Positions 28,073 to 37,427 of a stretch of 64,000 bases of DNA are shown one piece after another (within the stretch, counting starts at the first letter, position 1; every line of letters starts with the position of its first letter). The position numbers and the translations under genes were made by a program. A model generated the notes under the pieces. The model did no database searches. It saw nothing but the letters and a program-made list of their open reading frames with translations, and was not told the DNA's origin. The DNA is taken from NCBI GenBank assembly GCA_964645605.1, contig CAZYCE010000006.1, forward strand, positions 2,981 to 66,980, in the 5' to 3' direction. Origin of the DNA: an uncultured Gammaproteobacteria bacterium (lineage in GTDB: Bacteria; Patescibacteriota; Microgenomatia; UBA8517).

Positions 28073-29554
28073 ATGAATAAATATTTAAAATATCTCCCCA
28101 TAATTTTAATTATTGGTTTAGCACTTTTTCTTAGAGTATATCGGGCCGAGGCTCTTTTTTATTATGCCCACGATAATGATTTGGCGTCCTGGGTGGTCAA
28201 AGATATTCTGGTTAATCATCATCTAAGACTCATTGGCCAACAAACGTCAGTACTTGGAGTTTTTATCGGGGGACTTTTTTATTATTTACAAATTCCGTTT
28301 TATCTTTTAGGACACATGGACCCCATTTATACGACTCTTCTACCCGCCATACTTGGAACCTTTTCCACCTTTAGCTTTTATTTTGTTTTTTCGAAAATAT
28401 TCGGAAAGAAAGTCGGTATTATTGCGGCGCTTATTTATGCGGTATCCAGTATCATAGTGTTTTCCGATCGCCAGGTTTTTCCGACAACGCCGGTGATGCT
28501 TTGGACGGCTTGGTTCTTTTATGACCTTTGTGTAATTTATAAAGGAAGACAAAAAACCGGATTTATTCTCTTTGCAGTTCTTTTTTCCCTGATTTGGCAT
28601 ATAAACATTGCTTTACTTATTATTACCCCATTGGCACTTTTATCATTTATAGCTTCTAAAAAAAGAATTAATTGGAAATATTTAATTCTTGGTTTAGGTA
28701 TAACGGCGGTACTTAGTTCTCCGTTAATTGTTTTTGAGCTGCGGCATGGATTTCAGCAGACTAGGGCGGTATTTTCTTCTTTGACTACTCAAAGGAATTT
28801 ATTGCCTGAAACGGGGACCGGTTGGGCTAAACTTGACCGAGTAATGCAACTTGTTGAGAAAAATACGACAAATATATTCTTTCCGTCGATTTCAATAGTA
28901 TCCAACAAAGTTGCGCTGGTAATGCTTATCGGGATATTTGGATTTTTAATCTACATTAAAAAAATATCTCGGAATGTAGCAATTACATTTTTCTTGTGGC
29001 AGGTGCTTTATATAGGTTTTTTTTCGATCAATTCGTTAAATGTCTCTGAATATTATTTGGATGGGATGAATATTATCTGGATTGGAATAATTTCAATATT
29101 TATGGGTTACCTGTTGGAAAAGAAAAAACTAAAACTTGCCGTAACTTTATTGCTTTCGTGGTACTGTTTTTGGAATTTTCATCTGATAACGAGCGCACCG
29201 GATAGTACCAATGGATATGTTTACAAAAAGGCTATTGTCGAATATATAAAGACCGATTCGGTAGAACACAATTTTCCTTGTGTTTCGGTTTCTTATATTA
29301 CAGATCCCGGATATGACTTGGGCTATAGATACCTATTCTATCTGAGCGACTTGCATGTTAATCAACCCAAGAGCGGGAGCCCCGTATATACAATTGTTTT
29401 TCCGCTTAAGCTGGTAAACAGGTTTGATATGAGATTTGGGGATTTGGGCTTAATACTTCCGGAATATGATAAATATAGCGCTGACGAAGTTGACAAGAGC
29501 TGTCAGGGAGAAAACGCCAACCTTACGGATCCGATGTTCGGCTTTACGGAATAA
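28073..29554 (+). CDS. GT-C-fold membrane glycosyltransferase, subfamily B
   Basis: YYAHDNDLASWVVKDIL...LIGQQTSVLGVFIGGLFYYLQIPFY; about 12 TM. Confidence 0.6.
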   Translation: MNKYLKYLPIILIIGLALFLRVYRAEALFYYAHDNDLASWVVKDILVNHHLRLIGQQTSVLGVFIGGLFYYLQIPFYLLGHMDPIYTTLLPAILGTFSTFSFYFVFSKIFGKKVGIIAALIYAVSSIIVFSDRQVFPTTPVMLWTAWFFYDLCVIYKGRQKTGFILFAVLFSLIWHINIALLIITPLALLSFIASKKRINWKYLILGLGITAVLSSPLIVFELRHGFQQTRAVFSSLTTQRNLLPETGTGWAKLDRVMQLVEKNTTNIFFPSISIVSNKVALVMLIGIFGFLIYIKKISRNVAITFFLWQVLYIGFFSINSLNVSEYYLDGMNIIWIGIISIFMGYLLEKKKLKLAVTLLLSWYCFWNFHLITSAPDSTNGYVYKKAIVEYIKTDSVEHNFPCVSVSYITDPGYDLGYRYLFYLSDLHVNQPKSGSPVYTIVFPLKLVNRFDMRFGDLGLILPEYDKYSADEVDKSCQGENANLTDPMFGFTE

Positions 29555-29572
29555 AAATGGTAGAATTTAGGC

Positions 29573-31138
29573 ATGAGAAAATTCTTTAAAAATAATTGGC
29601 TCTATCTTTTGGGTGTGGGGATGGTGTTGCTTCTTTTTTCCCTCCGTTTCTACCACCTGACAATTCTACCAATCTTTGCGGATGAAGCAATCTATATCCG
29701 TTGGGCACAGGTGATGAGGGCGGAGGAAACTCTTAGATTTCTTCCCCTTTCCGACGGGAAAGAACCTCTTTTTATGTGGGCTGTCATACCCTTTTTAAAA
29801 ATATTTTCCGACCCTCTTGTTGCCGGAAGAGTAGTTTCAGTGCTGTCGGGTCTTGCAACAATGATCGGAACAAGTTTTCTTTCTTATCTTCTTTTTAAAA
29901 ACAAAAAAGTCGCTTTAATGGCAGCTTTAATCTACGCGGTTTCGCCGTTTACTTTTTTCTTTGACAGAATGGCACTTGTGGATTCAATGCTTACAATGTT
30001 TGGCGTCTGGACTTTTATATTTTCTTTTCTTGCCGTTAGAAACAAAAGGTTTGATTTTGCTATGTTGGCGGGTTTTTCCCTTGGCGGCGCGTGGTTAACT
30101 AAATCATCGGCATTGTTTTTTGCCTTAATGCTTCCGGTGTTTTTGTTGGTGGCTCCATGGAAAAGGAAAACAAAGGAAAATTTTCCAATATTGGTTAAAT
30201 CAATCGGCTTGCTTTTGGCAACGGCAGTAATCGGATACGGATTTTTTAATATTCTAAGACTTGGGCCGAACTTTCATCTCATATCATCCCGCAATATGGA
30301 TTATGTTTATCCGATAAGCCATATATTTACCAGTCCGTTTGACCCTTTCAGGGTATTTATAGAGGCTTCGGCAAGATGGATATCTGCAATGGGGCCGTGG
30401 CCGTTATATTTATTGGCAGTTGCCGGTATTTTGGTGAATTTTAAAAAGAGGTGGAAAGAGATCGTAATTGTTGCGATTTGGTTGTTATTGCCCATAATTG
30501 TAAATTCTGAATTCGCAAAGTCTTTTACGGCAAGATATATTTTATATAACGTCCCATACCTAATGGTTTTGGCAGCTTCTGTTTTTACAGCAAAACTCAG
30601 TAGAATCAAAAGTATTTTATTGTATTTAGTTTTAGCGGTTTTTGTATTTCTATCTATTCGATTCGATTATTATCTACTGTTTAATCCCTACAAAGCCGAT
30701 CTTCCAAGAAGTGAAAGATCCGGGTATCTTGAGGAGTGGACTGCGGGACAAGGAATTGCCGAAACCGCCAAATACCTGATAGAAGAGCAGGCCGCCTCGC
30801 CGAATGAAAAGATTGTTGTTGGCACTGAAGGTTATTTCGGAACACTTCCCGATGGTCTTCAAATTTACCTTCAAAAATATCCCCAAATTACGGCAATCGG
30901 GGTAGGTCTAAGGTTCGATAATATACCGTCTCCTCTCATGGGTTCCAAGGCCTACGGAGACAAAACCTATCTTCTGGTCAATGCATCAAGATTCAGCGGC
31001 AATGCCCAATATTTAGGGTTAAAGCTTGTTAAAGAGTTTCCGAAAGCCGAAAAACCAAACGGTACTCATGACTCCCTGCTTTTATTTGAGGTGACAAATG
31101 AAGCGCTTAAAGTTAAGGCCAATTTTACGGACCTGTAA
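29573..31138 (+). CDS. GT-C-fold membrane glycosyltransferase (ArnT/PMT-like)
   Basis: PIFADEAIYIRWAQVM...LPLSDGKEPLFMW first-loop motif; about 12 TM with a C-terminal soluble domain. Confidence 0.65.
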   Translation: MRKFFKNNWLYLLGVGMVLLLFSLRFYHLTILPIFADEAIYIRWAQVMRAEETLRFLPLSDGKEPLFMWAVIPFLKIFSDPLVAGRVVSVLSGLATMIGTSFLSYLLFKNKKVALMAALIYAVSPFTFFFDRMALVDSMLTMFGVWTFIFSFLAVRNKRFDFAMLAGFSLGGAWLTKSSALFFALMLPVFLLVAPWKRKTKENFPILVKSIGLLLATAVIGYGFFNILRLGPNFHLISSRNMDYVYPISHIFTSPFDPFRVFIEASARWISAMGPWPLYLLAVAGILVNFKKRWKEIVIVAIWLLLPIIVNSEFAKSFTARYILYNVPYLMVLAASVFTAKLSRIKSILLYLVLAVFVFLSIRFDYYLLFNPYKADLPRSERSGYLEEWTAGQGIAETAKYLIEEQAASPNEKIVVGTEGYFGTLPDGLQIYLQKYPQITAIGVGLRFDNIPSPLMGSKAYGDKTYLLVNASRFSGNAQYLGLKLVKEFPKAEKPNGTHDSLLLFEVTNEALKVKANFTDL

Positions 31139-32480
31139 AAAATACCTTCCCATTATTCTGATTATCGCTCTGGCGGTTTTTCTTAGATTCTATCTTTTGG
31201 AAAGAAGAGCTGCCTTTGATGCCGACCAGGAAGAAATTGCATTTAAGGCTAAAGAACTTTTGTCCGGAAACCCCGTACTTCTCGGTCCCAAAACGAGCTT
31301 GGGAGGTTTCTCAATAGGCCCCGGTTTTACCTATCTCTGGGCACTATTTGCTTTGTTTTTAAAGGGGGATCCCATTGCGGGTGCATATCTTTCCGTGTTT
31401 TTGGGAATTTTGTTTATTATTGGAACATACCTTATTTCGAGGAAAATATTTTCGGAAAGGGTCGGGTTAATTCTCTCTTTTATAATTGCGGTTTCCGTCA
31501 GCTTCATACAATGGGATCAAAATTCTTGGGCGCCTTCACTGTTCTATCTGTCGGAATTGATTACTTTTTACGGGGCGTACATTTCAAAAGACAATAAAAA
31601 TGGGTTGCCGCTTGTCGCACTGGGTTTAGGATTAGGGTTCCAATCCCATTTTGCAGTCTTTTTGCTTTTGCTGCCCCTAGCTGTTTATTTATTATTTTAT
31701 AAACCGATCATTAACAGGAAGACTTTAATTACACTTTTATCGATTCTTATTGTCTCGATACTTCCGGTAATACTCTTTGACCTCCTAAACGGATTTGTTA
31801 ATCTACAAAGGCTTCTTTCGATCTTTACTCTCGGCAGGGCGGGGGTTGCCGTTCCGAAAATAAAAATAATTACGACACTTATGTCAAATTCTTCAGGTAT
31901 TCTCTGGCCGCATTTTTCGATTCTTCCTGTTGTTCTGATTTTTGCCATAACTGTTTTGTATTCCTTTAGGGGAATATATAGAGACAAAACTTCTCGCCCT
32001 CTTCTGGTTCTTATAAACCTTTTCCTCTTTGCCCCATTTCTTATTTTTCTTTTTTATAAATCAAATTTTTCAGAATATTATCTAATGACTGCGGTTGTAC
32101 CGTTTTTGTTTCTTTTGGGATACCTATTTTCGGCTGTCAAAAGTAAATACGCACTTCTTTTAATCCTTGGTATTTTTTCATTTTTGAATGTGAGAAGCTT
32201 TATTTCTATTTATAAGCCGATGAATCTTTACGCAAAGGAACAAATAGTCCGGGAAGTTATTGAAAGAGGGGGGAAGAACGGGTACGGTGTTTCCTTGAGT
32301 GTTAAGCCCGGATACGGTTTTGGCTACTCCTATCTATTTGGTTATTACAATGCAAAACCTGATTTACCACCTTTAAAAAATCAAAAGAAAATATTTACAG
32401 TTATATCCCCGCCCGGATATAAAGGAATAGAGCCCATGATCGAGGTAGACGGCGTTGGCCTGCGGTGGGAAGGATATTAA
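31098..32480 (+). CDS. GT-C-fold membrane glycosyltransferase, subfamily B
   Basis: FDADQEEIAFKAKELL...LLGPKTSLGGFSIGPGFTY; about 12 TM. Confidence 0.6.
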   Translation: MKRLKLRPILRTCKKYLPIILIIALAVFLRFYLLERRAAFDADQEEIAFKAKELLSGNPVLLGPKTSLGGFSIGPGFTYLWALFALFLKGDPIAGAYLSVFLGILFIIGTYLISRKIFSERVGLILSFIIAVSVSFIQWDQNSWAPSLFYLSELITFYGAYISKDNKNGLPLVALGLGLGFQSHFAVFLLLLPLAVYLLFYKPIINRKTLITLLSILIVSILPVILFDLLNGFVNLQRLLSIFTLGRAGVAVPKIKIITTLMSNSSGILWPHFSILPVVLIFAITVLYSFRGIYRDKTSRPLLVLINLFLFAPFLIFLFYKSNFSEYYLMTAVVPFLFLLGYLFSAVKSKYALLLILGIFSFLNVRSFISIYKPMNLYAKEQIVREVIERGGKNGYGVSLSVKPGYGFGYSYLFGYYNAKPDLPPLKNQKKIFTVISPPGYKGIEPMIEVDGVGLRWEGY

Positions 32481-32519
32481 ATTTTACTAACCCCATAAGT
32501 GGTCTTAGCGTGCTAGAAC

Positions 32520-32528
32520 TGGTAAAAT
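32520..32528 (+). promoter_or_regulatory. Extended -10 element TGgTAAAAT, 7 nt upstream of the wzx ATG 32536 (candidate leaderless promoter)
   Basis: Sequence read directly; no Shine-Dalgarno; 55-nt intergenic region. Confidence 0.3.
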
Positions 32529-32535
32529 TTAGATT

Positions 32536-34032
32536 ATGAATGAAGAAGATGGCGTAGCGCCTTCGGATCCCACTACGGAAATCCCTCTTGAAACCGTGAA
32601 GAAGCGTTCCGTACGGGGGGTAGTCGTTCTTACGGGCAGGACATTCTTACTTCAGGTTATTAGCCTTGTTGCCCAGTTATTTCTTTTTGCCTATCTTAAT
32701 AAATACGAATTCGGCGTCTTTGCGATAGTCAGTGCAATTATTAACTTTTTGGTTTATTTCTCCGATATCGGTCTGGCCGCGGCGTTAATTCAGAAAAAGG
32801 AAAAACCCACGGATACGGATTTAAAAACTACTTTTCTTGTTCAACAACTTCTGGTTTTGATAATAATCGCGGTTGTTTTTCTCTTAAGCCCGTTTCTCGC
32901 TCAAAAATTTTCACTCGACCATGATGGACAAATACTTTTGTATGCACTTGCCGTGTCACTCCTTTTCTCCTCGTTAAAAGGCATTCCGTCGGTCCTTTTG
33001 GAGCGCAAGCTTGAGTTTGTGAAATTGGCTTTTCCTCAAATTCTGGAACAGGTTGTCTATAACGTTGTCTTGGTTTATCTTGCCATGAAAGGCTTCGGGC
33101 TTAAAAGTTTTACTTTTGCCGTTCTTATCCGTGGAATTGTCGGGCTTGTAACTATTTACATTCTTCAACCCTGGAAGCCGGGCATCGCGTTTTCCGGAAA
33201 AACCTTGAAAGGTCTTTTTAAATTTGGCATTCCCTACCAAATCAATACTTTTCTGGCTACTTTTAAGGATGACGGAATGACGCTTGTTCTGGGAAGTATT
33301 TTGGGGCCGGTTGGGGTAGGTGTTCTTTCATTCGCCCAAAAAATAGCCAGATTCCCATTGACATTTTTTATGGACACGGTGACCCGGGTAACATTCCCGG
33401 CTTTCTCCCGGATGCAGGACGCGAAGGACGACCTTGAAAGAAGTGTCACAAGATCAATATTTTTCATTTGCCTTTTAGTGTTCCCGAGCTTAGCCGGTAT
33501 TTCAATATTGGCTCCGATCTTGGTGCGCGTTATACCAAGATATAATCAATGGGTGCCGGCCCTTGTTCCGATCGTTTTTGTTTCGATTAATTTTGCTTTC
33601 GCCGCGGCCACAACACAACTTACGAACCTCCTTAATGCTATCGGGAAAATCAAGATTACTTTCTATTTAATGATCATGTGGACGGTACTGACCTGGGCTT
33701 TTGTTCCGTTTTTGGCTATTAAATTTAATGTGACGGGTGCGGCGATAGGATATTCACTGGTCGGAGCCTCCTCACTTGTCGCAATATTTGTGGCCAAAAG
33801 ATACGTCAACTTTTCAATTACCGATTCGGTGATAAAACCTTTAGTGGGAACAATCGTCATGAGTGTGGCGCTTATTGTAGCGCGTAGGTTTTTACCTGTA
33901 ACCCTCACCTCCTTGGAAATATTGGTGGCAATAGGAGCAGCTATTTATGTTACCTCAATGATTTCTATGGTGGGCGTCAGTCTTATTGAAGATGCTAAAA
34001 AAAGCTTCAAAACAATTTTTACGAAGAAGTAA
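32536..34032 (+). CDS. wzx: Wzx-type polysaccharide/O-unit flippase (MOP superfamily)
   Basis: About 14 TM, N-terminal region LQVISLVAQLFLFAYLNKYEFGVFAIVSAIINFLVYFSDIGLAAALIQ typical of polysaccharide biosynthesis protein family. Confidence 0.7.
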   Translation: MNEEDGVAPSDPTTEIPLETVKKRSVRGVVVLTGRTFLLQVISLVAQLFLFAYLNKYEFGVFAIVSAIINFLVYFSDIGLAAALIQKKEKPTDTDLKTTFLVQQLLVLIIIAVVFLLSPFLAQKFSLDHDGQILLYALAVSLLFSSLKGIPSVLLERKLEFVKLAFPQILEQVVYNVVLVYLAMKGFGLKSFTFAVLIRGIVGLVTIYILQPWKPGIAFSGKTLKGLFKFGIPYQINTFLATFKDDGMTLVLGSILGPVGVGVLSFAQKIARFPLTFFMDTVTRVTFPAFSRMQDAKDDLERSVTRSIFFICLLVFPSLAGISILAPILVRVIPRYNQWVPALVPIVFVSINFAFAAATTQLTNLLNAIGKIKITFYLMIMWTVLTWAFVPFLAIKFNVTGAAIGYSLVGASSLVAIFVAKRYVNFSITDSVIKPLVGTIVMSVALIVARRFLPVTLTSLEILVAIGAAIYVTSMISMVGVSLIEDAKKSFKTIFTKK

Positions 34033-35719
34033 GGCGATCATTCTTGTTTTAACAGGTACGATTGTTTGGTCTTTAGTTATGGTCAGAAACAGCCTTTGTT
34101 GGGATGCCGGATGCACGGGAGGACTTGGTTTTTGGGGGGCAAACGGACACGACGGTATTTGGCATATTGCCCTGATCAGAAGTCTTGCGAAAGGCAATTT
34201 TCAAATGCCGATTTTTTCAGGCGATAGTATCCAAAATTATCACATTGGTTTTGATTGGATACTCTCCCGGATAGTGAGGCTGACCGGGATTACGCCATCC
34301 ATCCTGTATTTTCAGGTTATTCCGCCGATACTGGCAATACTGGTGGGGGTTCTCACATATAGATTCGTTTATCTTTGGCGCAAGTCGGAAAGCGAGTCTT
34401 TGTGGGCTACATTTTTTGTATATTTTGGCGGAAGTTTCGGATGGTTGGTTTCTCTCATCAGAGGGCAAGGTTTAGAGGGGGAGAGTATGTTTTGGTCAAT
34501 GCAGTCGGTATCTACATTAATTAACCCTCCCTTTGCTCTTTCTCTTATAACGATTCTTTTGGGCCTTATTTATCTTTTAAAATATTTAAAAAATAAATCC
34601 GCAGTCAATTTTTTTCTGACGGTATTCTTTTTTGGTGTATCAATTTTTATTAAAGTGTATGCCGGTCTTTTAGTTTTGACTTCGCTGCTGGCAATTTGCA
34701 TTTGTCAAATTCTGAAAAAGAGAGACCATTCCGTTTTGGCAATTTTTCTGGCCGCTTCAGTGATATCAGTAAGTTTATTTTTGCCTTTTAATAAATCTTC
34801 AAGCGGACTGATTTCTTATAGTCCGTTCTGGTTTTTGGAATCGATGATGGCCCTCTCGGATAGATTTAATTGGCAAAAAATGTATTCGGCAATGACTACC
34901 TACAGAATGGGGCAGATTTGGGTAAAGGCAATTTTGGCTTACGGCCTATCTTTTGTAATTTTTATAGTTGGAAATTTCGGAACCAGAGTAATTGCTCTAA
35001 AGGCTGTATTGAAAAAGCCCGGAAAGCTTCTTTCGGCCGGCCCGATGGAAATATTTTTGTTTATTTTGATTTTGGCCGGAATAGTTGTTCCGACGTTTTT
35101 TGTCCAAAAAGGCACGCCTTGGAATACGATTCAGTTTTTCTATTATTCTTTGATTTTTAGCGGCATTGCCGCAGGAATTGAGGTTTCCAAACTGGTGAAT
35201 AAAAGCTCCCCGTTCAAAGGTGCTCTGATCGCAATTTTCCTGATACTTATTACCGTTCCTACCACAATTAATTCAATCGGAAATTATTTTCCCGGAAAAC
35301 CGCAATCGATTCTTCCGAAGGGGGAGGCGGAAGCATTGAAATTTTTATCAATGCAGCCTGCCGGTATTATCTTGACATATCCATTCGATGCAGATAAGGC
35401 AAAGACTGCGGTTGCTCCAAAACCTCTTTATTTATACACTTCCACTGCTTATGTTTCTGCTTTTTCCGGGCATCCTATCTATATTGAAGATCAAATAAAC
35501 CTTGATATCATGCAATATCCGTGGCATGAAAGAAGACAATTGGTGGAAAATTTTCTTAATACCCTTGATATCGACTATGCCAGGCGCTTCCTTAAGGAAA
35601 ATAACATATCATATATATATTGGGTAGGTGATCAACATGCACGGATTGGGGATTCTCAACTTGGGCTTACCAAGATTTATCAAGGAGGCGACGTTACCAT
35701 TTTTAAAGTAAATGAATAA
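33986..35719 (+). CDS. Large polytopic membrane protein, paralog family D (candidate GT-C or polymerase-like)
   Basis: GANGHDGIWHIALIRSLAKG...PIFSGDSIQNYHIGFDWIL, shared with the 42469-44316 product; at least 12 TM. Confidence 0.5.
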   Translation: MKMLKKASKQFLRRSKAIILVLTGTIVWSLVMVRNSLCWDAGCTGGLGFWGANGHDGIWHIALIRSLAKGNFQMPIFSGDSIQNYHIGFDWILSRIVRLTGITPSILYFQVIPPILAILVGVLTYRFVYLWRKSESESLWATFFVYFGGSFGWLVSLIRGQGLEGESMFWSMQSVSTLINPPFALSLITILLGLIYLLKYLKNKSAVNFFLTVFFFGVSIFIKVYAGLLVLTSLLAICICQILKKRDHSVLAIFLAASVISVSLFLPFNKSSSGLISYSPFWFLESMMALSDRFNWQKMYSAMTTYRMGQIWVKAILAYGLSFVIFIVGNFGTRVIALKAVLKKPGKLLSAGPMEIFLFILILAGIVVPTFFVQKGTPWNTIQFFYYSLIFSGIAAGIEVSKLVNKSSPFKGALIAIFLILITVPTTINSIGNYFPGKPQSILPKGEAEALKFLSMQPAGIILTYPFDADKAKTAVAPKPLYLYTSTAYVSAFSGHPIYIEDQINLDIMQYPWHERRQLVENFLNTLDIDYARRFLKENNISYIYWVGDQHARIGDSQLGLTKIYQGGDVTIFKVNE

Positions 35720-37427
35720 AATGCGCGGATTAATAAAAAAAATATCAATATTTTCAAAAAAGAAAATCTTTTGGATTATTCTTATTACGCTTTTCACTAT
35801 TCCGACATTTTCTGCATTATTAAAACCGGGCTTTTTTGCAATGCAGGATGATCTTCAGGCTTTTAGGGTCTACGAGATGGACAAATGCTTTGCGGATCTG
35901 CAGATTCCTTGCAGATGGGTACCGGATGCGGGATATAAATACGGTTACCCCCAGTTTAACTTTTACCCACCCCTTCCTTATTATATCGGCGCCGCAATGC
36001 ACCGGGTTGGAATTCAATATATAGATACCGTAAAAATACTGTTTATTTTTGGATATGTCCTTTCGGCAATTACCATGTTTCTTCTCGTATCCGAACTGAC
36101 CGGAAGCTACTGGCCGAGTTTCGTTGCATCGCTTGCCTATTCATATATTCCATATAAAGCCGTCGAAGTTTACGTGAGGGGTGCTCTTAGCGAATTTTGG
36201 GCACAAATATTCTTCCCGCTGATTTTTTGGGCGATATATAAACTGATCAAATCCGGAAAAACCAAATATCTTATTTGGACCGGTCTTTCCATATCCTTAC
36301 TTTTGACAACTCACACTTTAATGACAATGATTTTTGCCCCCGTTGCCGTGATCTGGGCGGCCTATTGGTTATTTAAGACCAAGTGGAAAAATTTGGGTAA
36401 AGTAATTGGCGGCGGAATTTTAGGATTTTGCCTCTCCGCATTTTTTATTCTTCCCGTAATCTTTGAAAAGCAGTTCGCGCACACCGAAAGTATGTTGTCC
36501 GGATATTTTGATTACCGGCAGCATTTTGTCAGTCTTTATAAACTTTTTATTTCCAGGGAGTGGGGTTATGGTTCTTCCGGTTTTCCAAATGAAAAATTAA
36601 ATCTTTCTTTGGGTATAGTGCAATGGATTGCCGGCCTGGTGATTGCACCCGTTGTGGCTTTAATTAATTTAAAAAAACATAAAAGATTTTCAATTCTTGT
36701 TTTGGGCCTTACTGCTTTGGCCCTCTTCAGTATTTTTATGATCCATATGAAATCAAGCTTCATTTGGGCCCAACTTCCCTTTTTGTGGTATTTGCAATTT
36801 CCCTGGAGATTTTTGGCCGTTTCAATATTTCTTCTTTGCTTGCTGGTTGGACTGACTGTGCATATGTTTGGAAAATACAAATATATTTTTGGTATTTTAT
36901 TGATTGTGACCTCCTTTGCCCTTACGATATCTTTTTATGTTCCTAAAGCCTGGTTTAATATCAAAGACTCGGATAAATTTTCCGGAGTCTCTTGGCAAAA
37001 ACAAATGACAATCAGTATTTTCGATTATCTGCCGATTTATGCAAAACTTCCGCCGATTACTCAGGCACCCGATTTTCCCGAGGTCATAGACGGCAAAGCC
37101 GAGTTTTCCGATTACAAAAAAGGCAGTGATTTTCAAACGGGAAATGTGAGCGTTGACTCGGAGGCGACAATTCGTTTGCCGCTTTTTGACTTTCCGGGTA
37201 TGCGGGTTAAAGCGGATGGAAAATTGGTGAACCATGGGCATGATGATTGTAGAAATGAAGAATTTTGTTTGGGACTAATAAGCTTTAAGCTTCCGAAAGG
37301 GGAGCATAAAATTGAGGTAGAATTAACTGACACTCCGGTTAGAAGAATCGGAAATTATTTGTCAATTGCCGGAGCAGCTTTCGTCGTTTGGCTTTTGATA
37401 AAAAAGAATGAAAAAAATAATAACTAA
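35712..37427 (+). CDS. Polytopic membrane protein, paralog family C (candidate GT-C glycosyltransferase)
   Basis: MQDDLQAFRVYEMDKCFADLQIPCRWVPDAGYKYGYPQFNFYPPLPYYIGA; C-terminal extracytoplasmic domain followed by a terminal TM. Confidence 0.55.
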   Translation: MNKMRGLIKKISIFSKKKIFWIILITLFTIPTFSALLKPGFFAMQDDLQAFRVYEMDKCFADLQIPCRWVPDAGYKYGYPQFNFYPPLPYYIGAAMHRVGIQYIDTVKILFIFGYVLSAITMFLLVSELTGSYWPSFVASLAYSYIPYKAVEVYVRGALSEFWAQIFFPLIFWAIYKLIKSGKTKYLIWTGLSISLLLTTHTLMTMIFAPVAVIWAAYWLFKTKWKNLGKVIGGGILGFCLSAFFILPVIFEKQFAHTESMLSGYFDYRQHFVSLYKLFISREWGYGSSGFPNEKLNLSLGIVQWIAGLVIAPVVALINLKKHKRFSILVLGLTALALFSIFMIHMKSSFIWAQLPFLWYLQFPWRFLAVSIFLLCLLVGLTVHMFGKYKYIFGILLIVTSFALTISFYVPKAWFNIKDSDKFSGVSWQKQMTISIFDYLPIYAKLPPITQAPDFPEVIDGKAEFSDYKKGSDFQTGNVSVDSEATIRLPLFDFPGMRVKADGKLVNHGHDDCRNEEFCLGLISFKLPKGEHKIEVELTDTPVRRIGNYLSIAGAAFVVWLLIKKNEKNNN

